NCBI GenBank assembly: GCA_964016885.1
Contig: OZ024740.1
Span: 343,790,001-343,854,000 of the forward strand
Length of the DNA: 64,000 nucleotides
Reading direction: 5' to 3'
Origin: Eledone cirrhosa
Lineage: Eukaryota
Every line of letters starts with the position of its first letter. Within the stretch, counting starts at the first letter, position 1. Positions 14,982-26,784 of this stretch are shown here, piece by piece. Under the pieces are notes generated by a model, which had not been told where the DNA came from, ran no database searches, and worked only from the letters and a program-made list of their open reading frames with translations. A program made the position numbers and the translations under genes.

Positions 14982-14984
<3 letters not shown>
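14545..14984 (+). mobile_element. PLE-like pLTR, second copy of the 12 kb element, ending in (TA)n
   Basis: High similarity to 12271-12520 and to the reverse complement of 12027-12272. The 5' boundary is uncertain. Confidence 0.7.
14736..14778 (+). ncRNA. Minimal type I hammerhead ribozyme, copy 2
   Basis: GTCA-CTGAAGA-G-GTCAC(AGAATGT)GTGAC-GAAA-GAAC-TT^TGAC. Confidence 0.75.
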
Positions 14985-15065
<81 letters not shown>

Positions 15066-16117
15066 AAATATTTCGTATCTCCAAAGAAATACGGTTTTAG
15101 GAAGCCGTAGCTATGAAAACAACAGGGGGGGGGGGGGCTAAAGGCCTCTGGTGATGTCCAGCGGAAGCAAGGGGGACAACCGTCCATGCATTTCAGGCTT
15201 AACTGGCCTTCGTCAAGAGGGTCCCTCCCACTGCTTGCGACTGCTGAACTAGTAGACAGCCGAGAATATATACTTTTCTCATCTGTGTAAATGAGGTGAT
15301 TAATCTCATTTGCATATGAAGCTGCATAAATTGGCTCAAATTATAATAAAAAAGAAATAGGATTTCGCTTCAAGCATAGCTTTATACAATATGTATAAAT
15401 ATTTCGTATCTCCAATAGATGGGCCGCGCAAACAGGGTGATGGCAGATGAAAGAAATTCAAAGGGACGGAATGCAACAGACAGAGGATTTGCTTCGAAGT
15501 CGCTAGACGTATCTGAGGAACTTGCGAATCCAGAGTCAGGTCTGATAAACAAAATTGTGTTTCGATGCATCACTAATTCTTCGTTTTCCATATTATTATA
15601 CTCTGATCTGAAGGGGCATAGAAGTGCTCAACCGGCATACCACTTATGGACGCATCCAAGCAACGTTACTACACATAAATAAATAAATAAATATATATAT
15701 ATATAATACCAACACTGTTCGTATTGCACTCTTTGTTATTGTTTTATTAATTTTTTTTTTACTTATATATATATATATTATATACAGTAAAGGTACCCGG
15801 TGTTGACAGTGTGAAAGAGATTGATCGATTGGTAGTTAAGTGACTGCTCCCGTTCCTTCATCGTTATGTGATATGACAATAAGAACAATATTTCAATTTA
15901 ATCGTGACCGTCTACAAAATCTGAATTATTACGTAATCCACTATCTGCAATTACTGTTGAACTCCGCATACCATCGGAGAGGGTCTTTGGGTGTTTATAT
16001 ATAGTAACAGAGACTCTGGTGCTCAAAGTTCCTGAGATAACAAATAATTTCCCACGTATGTGCAAATGACAGATGTTTTGTCATGCGGCGTCCATACACA
16101 CAGAGGATGCATGTTGA

Positions 16118-16320
16118 GTTGTTTTTGTTGTTGTTGTCTTTGTTGTCATTATTGTCATTGTTGTCATTGTTGTCTTTGTTGTCATTGTTGTCATTGTTGT
16201 CTTTGTTGTCTTTGTTGTTGTTGTTCTTCTTCTTCTTCTTCTTCTTCTTCTTCTTCTTCTTCTTCTTCTTCTTCTTCTTCTTCTTCTTCTTCTTCTTCTT
16301 CTTCTTCTTCTTCTTCTTCC
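16118..16320. repeat. (TTGTTGTCW)n followed by (TTC)n; probable 3' tail of the adjacent RTE element
   Basis: Direct reading. (GAA)n on the minus strand directly follows the LINE 3' end. Confidence 0.85.
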
Positions 16321-17270
16321 TGGGAGGGTCCAGGGGGCAGTGTCTGCAAGCACGCCTTCTAGCAGGTCTTGTCAGAAGCAACTATCTCCAGTTAATCCGG
16401 CTCGATCCACACGTGATCAGCCGAGCTCATAGATATATTCCGACCATCCTGGTTGGGATTTACCCGTAAGTTTCCTGGCGGCTGATTTAGCTTCTAGATC
16501 TGTCCAGCGATTCAGCCCTGAGACACTCTCCCTACATTTTCATAGTATTCGAGAAGTAGCAGCTCTACATGGAGTGACTCTCTGATCTTTGAACAACGCA
16601 CTATATCAACTAAACTTACTCCTGAGACCATTCGGGGAACACCATTTCTGTCAGTTGTATTCAAAATCGTATTCTTTCAGTCATTATGCAAGACACATGA
16701 CCATTGGTGAATATTGGCACGAATACCGAATTGAAGATAGTGAGTTTGGCTTTTACACCTACCTCCTTTCTTCTGATGATCAAATGCTGAAGCTGGCGCA
16801 TAACTGCTCCAACTACTGCAAATCCTGCACTCAACTCAGCCTCCTGCCTCCCATAAATCCTGACCATAGCTCCGAGATTCTTGAAGTTTTCCAAGTGCTT
16901 CAGTCGTACTCGACTTACATTTAGAGTGTATTGCCCAGGCTTCCTTGAGAGGATATGTCAATTAATCTTCGCACCACTGATTTTCATTCGGGTCGTGCAG
17001 CATTCGGCATCATACCTATCAAGTGCAGGTCGGAGATTAGTTTTTGACGAGTTAAATAATATAATGTCATCTGCAAATTCCAGTCGACTGATCTTACACC
17101 TACCAGACTCTATATCCCTTTCAACACGACTGCGCACGTCAATTTTGTCCATGAAGATCGTGGACGAGAGCGACGAGAGTACGCACCCTTGGCATAGTCC
17201 GACAATAACATTGAATGGTTTCGCGGAATAACAAGATACACGTTTAAGCCTTAGGTAGAATGGTTGTTCG
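16321..17270 (-). mobile_element. 5'-truncated, degenerate RTE-clade LINE (RT C-terminal half)
   Basis: GLCQGCVLS, LEFADDIILF, MKISGAK, ENFKNLG, KAKLTIFNSVFVPIFT. Frameshifts and stops. (GAA)n tail. Confidence 0.8.
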
Positions 17271-18035
17271 AAAATATATTTCAGTTTCCACCCAACGCTG
17301 CAAGAACTGGCAGTGGGCCTGTAACTTGTCCTGGGAGGCATGTGATGGAAGTCCAAAAGTTACATATTCCGAGACGCCAGAGAGGGTCTGCTAGGCTCTT
17401 GTTGAGTTAAGAAGAGTGCTGGCATTATGGAACTGAAAACAAAGTGTAAATTTAAAGGCAGCAAATATAAAACGTTTCCCACAGGAGTGTTTGTTACAAA
17501 ACCAAATCGGTTGAGGTGTGGTATGTGTGTGTATTCTACAAAATTATTTGAAATTTAGGTACGTCCCAGAAGGACTGAGAACAATTGTGGGAGCGATGTC
17601 CAATGTGTTTACTTTTTAGATGGTAGTCATGATAGTAGAAATTTTGGCAGTGGGTAAAGCTACTACGATAATGAAGACGTATCAATTTATTCATTGATAA
17701 TAGGATGTTATCCTTCGAAGCACCGTTATAGGGCTGTGGTGTGCGGAAAATTTCCTTTTATTTGAAACATTAAATAGATGGAAACAACAAACTTCTCGAA
17801 ATACAAACTAATGTTATAAATTCATCGCTTCTATTTTTGTTTTCTTAATTTAATCAATCAAACGACACTTGGAATGTAATTGTGAATTTGTTCACGGTTA
17901 TATATTTGTCTGTAAACTTAATGTACTTATAACATATACATTTTAAAACATTCCTATCATAACTCCTTTTGTTTTCTTTTATATTCTGAAGATGTACACA
18001 ATTTATCAATTCATATTCTGAAATAATTTGAATGC

Positions 18036-18094
<59 letters not shown>

Positions 18095-18472
18095 AAGTAG
18101 TAGTATTAGTAGTAGGATGTGGAGGAGGAAGAAGGGCAGGAAGAAGAAGGAGAGGAAGCAGAAGGGAGAGGAGGAGGGGTAGGAGAAGAGAAGTAGTGGT
18201 GATGGTGGTGGATGTAGTAGTAATTGTATTAGTAGTAAAAGTTGTAGTATATACAGTTAAATCAAATACACTCCTACCAACACCACCACCAGATTCCGAA
18301 GCCGCTACGTTGCCTCGCCATCACAAGCACTGTCACGCCTCACCGCCATCAACATCACCACAACATCCACTATCACCTTCACCACCACCACCAACATCCC
18401 CATCACCACCACCACTACCAAGAACAACAACAGCACCTCCAACAACAACAAACTACATCAATGAAATAAAAA

Positions 18473-18651
18473 TAATTGTTTCTACTTTAGGCACAAGGCC
18501 AGCAATTATCCAGTACATTACTGGTACTTTATTTTATCGACCCCGTAAGGATGAAAGGCAAAGTTAACCTCGACGGGATTTGAACTCAAACCGTAAAGGG
18601 ACGTAACTATGCTAGAAAGCATGGCGCCCAATCCTCTACTGATACTGCCAA
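18473..18651 (-). mobile_element. SINE, short form
   Basis: Head TGGCAGTATCAG...GAGTTCAAATCC, core and tail present. Confidence 0.9.
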
Positions 18652-18954
18652 ATAACGTCTGTAATAATAACAACCAAAGCCAGATCAACAATATTACAAA
18701 AAGAACACCAGTAGCATGAATATTAAGGATGCTGATGGTGACGAAGATGATAATATTTTATTAAAATACAAATTATAATTAAGCCATTACTATAACCTCA
18801 TCTTGTAAAGCCTTCATATTTTACGAAAGAGAGAAAAAGAAAATTTCAAAACGAAAAAAAAAAAAAAAAGCGAAGCAAACAGGAAAAGCTAGAGAAAGCA
18901 ACAGTAAAAACAAAAATGGTAAAAAGACAGAGCAAAAAGTAGCAGGAGCAAATG

Positions 18955-19030
<76 letters not shown>

Positions 19031-19044
19031 CAACAACAACAACA

Positions 19045-19081
<37 letters not shown>
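18955..19081. repeat. (AAT)n/(AAC)n microsatellite, 3' flank of the Tx1 element
   Basis: Direct reading. Confidence 0.95.
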
Positions 19082-19083
<2 letters not shown>

Positions 19084-19340
19084 TTTCATTTATTGGCCAC
19101 AAGGGCCGACATATAGGGGACAACACAATAGACAGGGACAGTGGGGGTTTACATAGAGATCGAGTAAGTATAAATAACAAAAAAACAAAAACAAAATAAC
19201 AATAAAAATACAACAATGAAAGTTCCCCAATAAGAGGTATCACCACCCAGGGTTGACTCAAGCACCCCACCAGTCCTGAGCCACCCGACGCTCCTAGGGC
19301 ACCCGGGAAGGGCACCCCTCTCCTTCTCGAATTCACCAGC

Positions 19341-22300
19341 CTACAGGCGCATGATCAGAGTAGGCCCACTCACGCGGGCCATTCTCGCCACATTCACCCA
19401 CCTTTCAGTAAATGTACTGGGGGGCAGCACTTCTCTCTCCACCCTCACCTTCCTTTCCAAGTGAAACTTGAAGAAGTTGATGAGGGATTGGCCGAAGAGA
19501 AAAGTGTCTGTCTTCAGTCCTTTCAACCTGGTCCACCATGCAACCTCTTTCGCTACTGCCACCAGGCAGAGGAAAATTGCCTGCCCTTCCTGACCAAAAG
19601 AAGGCGGCGGGTCAATCTTCACTATGGACTCGGACGATAGCCGGATCCGTTCTACACGCGACAATAGCTGTTCGACATAACCCCACAAGTCAGCAATGCA
19701 CGGACACTGGACGAGTGCGTGCAGAACGGTTTCGTCGCTCTGCGCGCATCTCGGGCAGGTTCGTCTGACAGCACTTCCGTGCCTGTAGAGTTTATCCCGA
19801 ACCGGCAGCGCCCCCCGGTAGCACTGCCAAGCGAGGGATTTCTGGAAGTTATCCATCGTCCCCGGCTCGAAAGTCCTCCGGAACATACTGGTCAGTTCTA
19901 CTTCGTTGACGCCCAGAGCCTCTCCTAGTACGTCATCGCACTTGCCCTCCACTAATCCTCTATAGAAATCTTGAGTGGAAGTTCCACTGACCGCATTGCC
20001 CACCTTGCAGAGTGCAGTGAGCGCCTGGCAACATTCCAGATGCCAGTCGCCCAGTCTCGGTCTCTTCTTGACCCAGGACTGCAGCTCAGTCAAAGAGATG
20101 AGCTGCGGAAAGGCCCGTCTAACAAACGGCGACCACACCTGTTCACCGTTTAGGCAAAATATCTGGAGATGTCGCAGCCTCAGCGCATGTCTGCGCATCA
20201 TTAGCCACGGCATGCCCAGCCCTCCACGAAGAGGGTGCTGGCAGCAGATGGACCGCCTCACCAACGGGACCCGTCCCCTCCACAAAAATTTGAAAAGGAG
20301 CCGTTCCAAATTGGCGAGGCGTGGACGGGGGCAAGGCACGACGGTCAGGCGGTAGTAGATGACGGACGCGATGTACGCGTTCGCCACCTCCGCCCGCCCT
20401 TTCAGTGATAGCTTTCTCTCAGCCCATTTCTGGGTGAGGTTGGCTATCCTGCTCGTCACCTCGTCCCAATTCTTATCCACCTGGAGGTCTGGTCCGAACC
20501 AAACCCCGAGCAACTTTACCGGTCCGTCTGTCCAGCGCCCAACGACGCTGTTGGACGGCATGGACTTGCCTCTCCAGGTGCCGAGCTGCAAGCCCACCGA
20601 CTTTTCCGGGTTAAGTTTTGCTCCCGTCAACTTTTCATATTCCTCCAAATGGGTGCGGATCACCTCGATTTCCGAGGTGTCCGACACCATCACGGTGATG
20701 TCGTCCGCATAAGCGGACGCAGCCTTTCTACGTCCCGGTTCGAGCGGGATGCCCTGCAACAACTCCAGCTTCCGCAGTAGAGGCTCAAGAGTCAATACGT
20801 ACAGAAGTGAGGAGAGAGGGCACCCTTGACGGACCGATCGAGAGATCTGAAACGGTTCCGAGAGGTGGCCATTAACTTTGACCACCGAGCGGATGCCGCT
20901 GTACATTGCAGCGATCCAGCTTCTGAAGACGGGGCCGAAGCCAGCCGCCTCGAGGACAGCCTCCAAGTACCGATGGTCGACCCTATCGAATGCTTTCGAT
21001 TGATCTAAATTGATCAGAGCCCCACCGAAGCCAGGTTTGCACCCAACCCTCTCTATGATGTATCGCATGAGGTGGAGGTTGTCGTGTATGGACCTGGTCG
21101 GGATTGCGCAAGTTTGCGCCTCCCCAACCAAATCTTTGACGACAAGCGCCAACCTTTTCGCTAACACCTTGGCCAAAATCTTAAACTCTGTGTTGAGCAG
21201 GGTTATGGGCCTGAAATTATCTAGTGTGTCCCTCTTGTTCTCGTCTTTCCTTATCAGCGTCACTACGCCACGGCTCACAGAACTGGGAATGCTCCCGTTC
21301 TGCTGCCAGTTGCAGTAGAGCGCTTCGAGGAGATCGGAGAACAAGTCTGGCATATTTACGTAAAGCTCGTAGGGCAGACCATCCAAACCGGGTGACTTGC
21401 GACTCGAGCAGCCGACAAGGGCGTCCTGAATTTCGGCTGATGTTATCGGCTCTTCGCAGCGCTCAGCGTCGGCCGTCGAGAGGCGTGGCAAGCCGTCGAG
21501 GTAGGGACTGAAGTCCGCCGCCATCTCCGACTCACCCATCCTCCCGAACAATCGAGCAAAGTGCTGGCGAAAGGCCTCACACATCCGCTTGGAATCGCTC
21601 AGTTCGTGTCCATCTCGATCCGTCAAAGACCGAATTGTGGTTTTATTTCCACGCTGCGTCTCTGCAAAGCGAGCCCATCGGGCAGCTTTGGTTCCCTCGT
21701 TCCTCAGAGCACGCGCCTTAGCTCTGACAATGCAACCTTCGTGTTTCGCATTGAAGAAATGGTCTAGTGCCATTCTCGCCGCTAGCACGTCTGTTGCAAT
21801 GCCACTACAAATAGCCTCGTCTAACTTAGCTATCAGCCCCTCCTCCTTTCTATTTTTCTCTATTGCTACTTCTTTGCTAAATCCTATCGAGGTTGCTCTA
21901 ATCTCTCTTTTGAGTGCCCCCCACCACCTGTTGTTGACAACCCCCCCTGTCAACTTTTGCTTAACTAAGTTGTTGACCCGGTCCCTGTAAGCTTTACGTG
22001 CCGGAAACGACATGTTTAGCTTCCAGTAGCTAGGTCCTAACCTACGTGTCTTATCTAGGTCGACCATACAGATCACAAGCTTGTGATCTGAATAGGCAAC
22101 CGTTTTAAAATGTGGACATCCTACACTATTTCTATCTCTTTTCCTAATGAAAATCCTATCTATGTACGATCTAGATGACCCTATGCGATTGGTCCAGGTC
22201 CATACTGGCGCATTAGGGAAATCTAGTCGGTACCTGTCAGACAGTTGAAACTGGCTGATCAGGTACTTGAGGCTTTTGCACCCCCCGCTCCTATCAGATA

Positions 22301-22760
22301 CTCCCACACAATCCCAGCGTGCTTCTAAGATGCCATTCCAATCCCCTATTAACAGTAAAGGGCGAGACGTAAGCAGAAAGTTTTCCAGGCGCCTAAAGAA
22401 GTCCGGCCGACCGGCCCCAGTAGGGGCGTAGACGGCCACCAGTCTAAAGGCACCACCTTCGCTATTGCTCACGTCCAGGACCACCAACTTTCCGTCAGGA
22501 TCCCGGAAGATTGACCTTACCTCGAGATCCAGACATTTCCTAAACAGCACAGCCACTCCACCTCCCATTCCCGGCCGACTAACAGATGCAAAGATCTGAT
22601 AATCGTCGAAAATCGGCGCCAGTGCGCGTGTGTCGGAAATTCTGGTCTCGCTGATGGCAATTACATCCATTCCTAGTGACCTGAGGTCGTTGAGCAAGTG
22701 ACCTTGCTTCCAGGGCGACCCCAGGCCACGAACATTTAAACTTCCTACTCTTATGGCCAT
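19341..22760 (-). CDS. ORF2: APE endonuclease, reverse transcriptase and C-terminal CCHC zinc finger (Tx1-like), 1139 aa
   Basis: APE motifs NVRGL, SET, VYAP, GDWN, IDR, SDH. RT motifs KSPGLDG, FRPITLLN, DQSKAFDRV, RQGCPLS, YADD. Zinc finger CPRC-x8-H-x4-C. Confidence 0.96.
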   Translation of the reverse strand: MAIRVGSLNVRGLGSPWKQGHLLNDLRSLGMDVIAISETRISDTRALAPIFDDYQIFASVSRPGMGGGVAVLFRKCLDLEVRSIFRDPDGKLVVLDVSNSEGGAFRLVAVYAPTGAGRPDFFRRLENFLLTSRPLLLIGDWNGILEARWDCVGVSDRSGGCKSLKYLISQFQLSDRYRLDFPNAPVWTWTNRIGSSRSYIDRIFIRKRDRNSVGCPHFKTVAYSDHKLVICMVDLDKTRRLGPSYWKLNMSFPARKAYRDRVNNLVKQKLTGGVVNNRWWGALKREIRATSIGFSKEVAIEKNRKEEGLIAKLDEAICSGIATDVLAARMALDHFFNAKHEGCIVRAKARALRNEGTKAARWARFAETQRGNKTTIRSLTDRDGHELSDSKRMCEAFRQHFARLFGRMGESEMAADFSPYLDGLPRLSTADAERCEEPITSAEIQDALVGCSSRKSPGLDGLPYELYVNMPDLFSDLLEALYCNWQQNGSIPSSVSRGVVTLIRKDENKRDTLDNFRPITLLNTEFKILAKVLAKRLALVVKDLVGEAQTCAIPTRSIHDNLHLMRYIIERVGCKPGFGGALINLDQSKAFDRVDHRYLEAVLEAAGFGPVFRSWIAAMYSGIRSVVKVNGHLSEPFQISRSVRQGCPLSSLLYVLTLEPLLRKLELLQGIPLEPGRRKAASAYADDITVMVSDTSEIEVIRTHLEEYEKLTGAKLNPEKSVGLQLGTWRGKSMPSNSVVGRWTDGPVKLLGVWFGPDLQVDKNWDEVTSRIANLTQKWAERKLSLKGRAEVANAYIASVIYYRLTVVPCPRPRLANLERLLFKFLWRGRVPLVRRSICCQHPLRGGLGMPWLMMRRHALRLRHLQIFCLNGEQVWSPFVRRAFPQLISLTELQSWVKKRPRLGDWHLECCQALTALCKVGNAVSGTSTQDFYRGLVEGKCDDVLGEALGVNEVELTSMFRRTFEPGTMDNFQKSLAWQCYRGALPVRDKLYRHGSAVRRTCPRCAQSDETVLHALVQCPCIADLWGYVEQLLSRVERIRLSSESIVKIDPPPSFGQEGQAIFLCLVAVAKEVAWWTRLKGLKTDTFLFGQSLINFFKFHLERKVRVEREVLPPSTFTERWVNVARMARVSGPTLIMRL

Positions 22761-22789
22761 GCTGGCAGGATGAATGGGAGAGGAAAGGT

Positions 22790-24700
22790 TTACTTACCTT
22801 CCGGGGTCTTGTGAAGGTCGGGTGGTTCGACCTCCATGGTTTGTGGGGTTTCTTTTGGGAACCCCTTTAATAGTCTTGACGTGGGTTTTACGTTCGGGGT
22901 TCCCACATCCCGAGGAAAGCTCTTTCGAATTTCTTTGTATGAAGCGAGCGACATTCGCATCAGAAGCAAATTATCTGGTACGCGAAATGTGCTCGCTTCA
23001 AATGTTTCCCCGTCTTTTTCGATGTTTGTGCTTCGTGCTACATGGGCCATCAATTCCTTGTTGGCCCTTCTGGCAAGCACGAAGTTTTTAATGTTTTGTT
23101 GCTCGGGTTTTATTTGTTCGTGTGATTGTGGTGGTGATAGCTTTGTTAGTGTTGTTTCTATTGTGTCTGCGTTTGTTGTGGGTGGGGTGTCTGTAGTTTC
23201 TGATGTTTGTGTGTCTATTTGTTCTTGTGTCTGTTTAGCTTGTTTGCGTTTGGGGGATTTTGGTGGTTGTGTTGGTGATGCTGTGGGGAAAATGTTTGTG
23301 TGGGTGGTGTGTGTATTTTTTTTTGTGGGGGTGTTTGTGCTTTGTGGATTTCTTTTTTTTTTGTGTTTTGTTTTTTGTATTTTGGGGGACTTTGGTTTTC
23401 CCTCATCTTCACTGCTGGAGGATGAGGGGTCTGTGGCTGTGAGCGTGTTTGTGTCTGAGTGAGTGTTTATGTTCTTGTTCGTGTGTGTATTTTGGGGGGG
23501 AGGGGGAATGGGAGAGCTTTCCTCGTTTCCCCCCTGGGTGTGCAATTTTGGTGGTTCCATTGTTGACGGTGTTGCTGGTGGTCCTTGTCCCGGCGTCGCC
23601 AGCAGTGGAATCTTTCGACCCCTTGCGCTTTTCGGCAGTTGAGGGCAGAAGGCTCGCAAGTGTGTCGTTTCCCCACAAAGGAAACAATGCGGCCTTTTGC
23701 CCTCAGTCATTATATGCAACACCCTCCCGTTTTGGAGGCGGATGTGGTCCGGGATTGTTTTTACGTTTTCGGGTCTGATTTGGAGCAGTATCTCCAGATC
23801 AACCCCGGACCAGTCGTCCCTGGCAGTTCTCGTTGCCTCTACCGGGACTGTATCCGTTCCTTCCACGATTACGCAACCCAGGAGCCACCACATATCAAGT
23901 CCTGGTGGAATCCTGGGAATGCGCACACGTGCTATTCGTTTTCCCATGTGGGAGGGGTACATTATGACCTTGCTGGTTTTGCAAGGGGTCATTGAATGCT
24001 TCACAGCGAGGGCTTCAGACTTGAACAGCACCGAAACGGTGCCGTATTGCCTGCCCCTCTCTATGAAGTCTGTGTCCTCTCTGATGTATTTCAGTGCGGC
24101 TTCTATGTCAGCTTGGGCGATTATCGCTGCCCTCTTTGTCTCTACTGAGATGCATCTGAAATGCACCGTTCTTTTTTCCACTGCCTCAATGGCTTCTGCC
24201 GGGACAGTTAAGTTTGCCCAGGTCTGCTCTTGATTTATGATTTTCCAGGCCTGGGCCAACTTTTCCTCTCTGTTGGTTAAGTCGATGCTGTAGCATGGTC
24301 TCCTTTTAGCCGCTGCCACAGCAGCGAAAGTGTTCTTGTTGGTGTTGTCACTGTTGTTGTTCTTGTTGGTGTTGCTGCTGCTATTGCTGTTGTTGTTCTC
24401 CCCTGTGTCGTGGTTACCCTCTGTGCTGTTGGCCTTGTTGGTGCTGCTGCTGTCGCTACTATTACTCTCTGTGCTGTTCGTTTTGTTGGTGCTCTCGCTA
24501 TTACCACCTTCTGCGCTGTTCGGCTTGTTGGTGTTGGTGTTGTCGCTGTTACCACCTTCCGCGCCGCTCGGCCCGTTGGTGCTGGCACTGTCGCTGCTCA
24601 CATTCGTGCTGGTGGCGCTCCTCGCCTCACCTCTCCTCTCAACGCTCAAGTCGCCGTTGCACGACAGCAGACCCGCCTCTAGGGGGCGTGGCTCCGCCAT
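22790..24700 (-). CDS. ORF1: gag-like nucleic-acid-binding protein with a CCHC zinc knuckle, 636 aa
   Basis: CFLCGETTHLRAFC (CX2CX4HX4C). S/N/T-rich N-terminus, P/T/K-rich linker. Lies just upstream of ORF2 on the same strand. Confidence 0.9.
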   Translation of the reverse strand: MAEPRPLEAGLLSCNGDLSVERRGEARSATSTNVSSDSASTNGPSGAEGGNSDNTNTNKPNSAEGGNSESTNKTNSTESNSSDSSSTNKANSTEGNHDTGENNNSNSSSNTNKNNNSDNTNKNTFAAVAAAKRRPCYSIDLTNREEKLAQAWKIINQEQTWANLTVPAEAIEAVEKRTVHFRCISVETKRAAIIAQADIEAALKYIREDTDFIERGRQYGTVSVLFKSEALAVKHSMTPCKTSKVIMYPSHMGKRIARVRIPRIPPGLDMWWLLGCVIVEGTDTVPVEATRTARDDWSGVDLEILLQIRPENVKTIPDHIRLQNGRVLHIMTEGKRPHCFLCGETTHLRAFCPQLPKSARGRKIPLLATPGQGPPATPSTMEPPKLHTQGGNEESSPIPPPPQNTHTNKNINTHSDTNTLTATDPSSSSSEDEGKPKSPKIQKTKHKKKRNPQSTNTPTKKNTHTTHTNIFPTASPTQPPKSPKRKQAKQTQEQIDTQTSETTDTPPTTNADTIETTLTKLSPPQSHEQIKPEQQNIKNFVLARRANKELMAHVARSTNIEKDGETFEASTFRVPDNLLLMRMSLASYKEIRKSFPRDVGTPNVKPTSRLLKGFPKETPQTMEVEPPDLHKTPEGK

Positions 24701-24910
24701 GTTTTTTTGAGAAAAAAATTATTATTTTTTTTCAAAATAAAGTTCAAATATTTGGGCCAAAAGGCCCAAATATTATGAGTTATTCCTTCACAGGATACAA
24801 ATTAATGTCTTATAATGCTTCAGCGGTACAAAAAATAAACAATTCTCTACAATTAATCCTCAAAAATTGCTTACTCACGGAGCTTCAAAAAACGTACATC
24901 CACTATCGTC

Positions 24911-24941
<31 letters not shown>

Positions 24942-24985
24942 GTAATAATAATAACAACAACAATAACGACGACTACAATAATAAC
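24911..24985. repeat. (AAT)n microsatellite, 5' flank of the Tx1 element
   Basis: (AAT)10 starts at 24911, then decays. Confidence 0.95.
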
Positions 24986-26728
24986 CAGAAGAATAATAGT
25001 AGTTCGTTCTAAATTTCAAATTCTATATGGATTGTAGATTTATCGATAAATTAAGTCGTTAAATTATTGCAGAGCAAATATTATTTACATAATATCTTTG
25101 TCTATCTAAATTGACTTAACCTTAGCACAACATCTTTTAATGTTTACTTTATTTTCTATCTTTTCTTCATTCTTTGTCTTTCTTTGCCTGCTTATTTATT
25201 TATTTATGTATTTATTTATTTATTTATTTATTCTATTTATTTATTTATTTTATTTATTTATTTATTTATTTATTCTGTTTTCTTTCTTGTTTTTGATTTT
25301 TTCTATTTTGAATAATATTGTAATATTGCAAATAATTATGCAGGATGAATGAATTAAAGGTGGTTAGATGAGGTTAGGTGTTAAGATATTCGTGTATAGT
25401 ATGTGTTTGTAAACGTATGTTTATATATGAATGTCTATTGGTTAGAGGTTGTGTATGTGTATGTTTATAGAAGCATTGTGTGCATGTAAATGTGTGTATT
25501 GAAATATGTACGCCTGAGCTTGGTGTGTGTGGAGTATTTGTATGAAGTGAAGAGAATGATTGTAGCAAAATTATATAGAATACATATTTGTATATTATGT
25601 ATGTATGTATTTGCACACACGCACACACACACATATATATATAGACACTTATATATATAGACACTTATAGACATATATGTATATCTATATATATATATTT
25701 ATATGTATACATACATACTTACACACACGCACACACACATATATGTGTTTATATATATATGTGTTTATATATATATATATACACATACAAATACACATAA
25801 AATTAGTTGCGTCTATTTGGTATTTTTTTTTTCTTTCATTTGCGAATTTTTGAATTTTAATAAGCTGTTGAGAAGATTTTAATTCAATGGTTTACTAATG
25901 TAGTTTGCTCTCCAACTTATTGAGATGTATCATTATCATCGGATTTATTGTATACAGGTGTCTAACGTGAAGGTGTAAACATAATTTACAGCTTTAATCT
26001 ACAACTGTCTGGCTGTTCAGATGGTTTGTCTCTGTGAAATTTCTCTGTAGACTTGAAAATGTTTGACGCGACATTTGCAACTTAGATGTCTGATCATATA
26101 TGTGGAAAGTAAGGAGAAGGCGATATTTCACGTTTGCTTTAATAAAGCAAGAGAACTACACTGAAGAGTTGAAATAAGTTAGAAACGTATGCAACGTATG
26201 CGGTGAATTGTCAGAGTTGCTAGAGCCTACGACAAAATACCTTGAAGCATTAATTTCTGCTTGCTGCAGTTTGTGTGCGAAATTTCGCCGAGTTCAACTT
26301 TTACTTTCATCCTCCCGGTGTCGATAAAATAAAGAGTTCGTCCAAAATGGTGGATTGACTCTATCATTGGATGCGATAACATGTGCATCCATGTAACACA
26401 TCCCATGTGGCAGCCCGATATAAGTATTATAAATTAATCAATGATATTTTTCCAGAATTATATGAAGTGTGATATTACCATATGAGAATTTGGAGGAAAT
26501 GCTACGATAGCATGCTATTGTAAAGGTTTGGACAAAAAAAGGTAAAGAAAAAGAAACAAACATAAAAAAGCAACGGAGAGAGAGAGGGAGAGGGGGGAGG
26601 CAGAAAGAGGCATGAGAGAAATGATGTCATATGATACATACACGCATGCGTACACAGGCAGGCAAATACCGAAGTATGTTCATTTCTATAATAGTCAATC
26701 CATTTATCCAACCATATTATCAGCCAAG

Positions 26729-26784
<56 letters not shown>

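Larger units (their letters stand above)
19082..24910 (-). mobile_element. Full-length, apparently intact L1/Tx1-clade non-LTR retrotransposon (~5.8 kb)
   Basis: ~210-nt 5'UTR, ORF1, 29-nt spacer, ORF2, ~260-nt 3'UTR with AATAAA. (AAT)n lies directly on both sides. GC content is much higher than the flanks. Confidence 0.95.

Noticed and set aside
19538-24915. Many 60-208 aa ORFs antisense to or overlapping the Tx1 ORFs
   Set aside because: Shadow ORFs of GC-rich coding sequence with no recognisable motifs.
26631-26784. N-terminal extension of the 279-aa ORF (IYLS repeats), suggesting a domesticated fusion
   Set aside because: It is read-through of (ATCT)n into a truncated LINE, with no evidence of expression.
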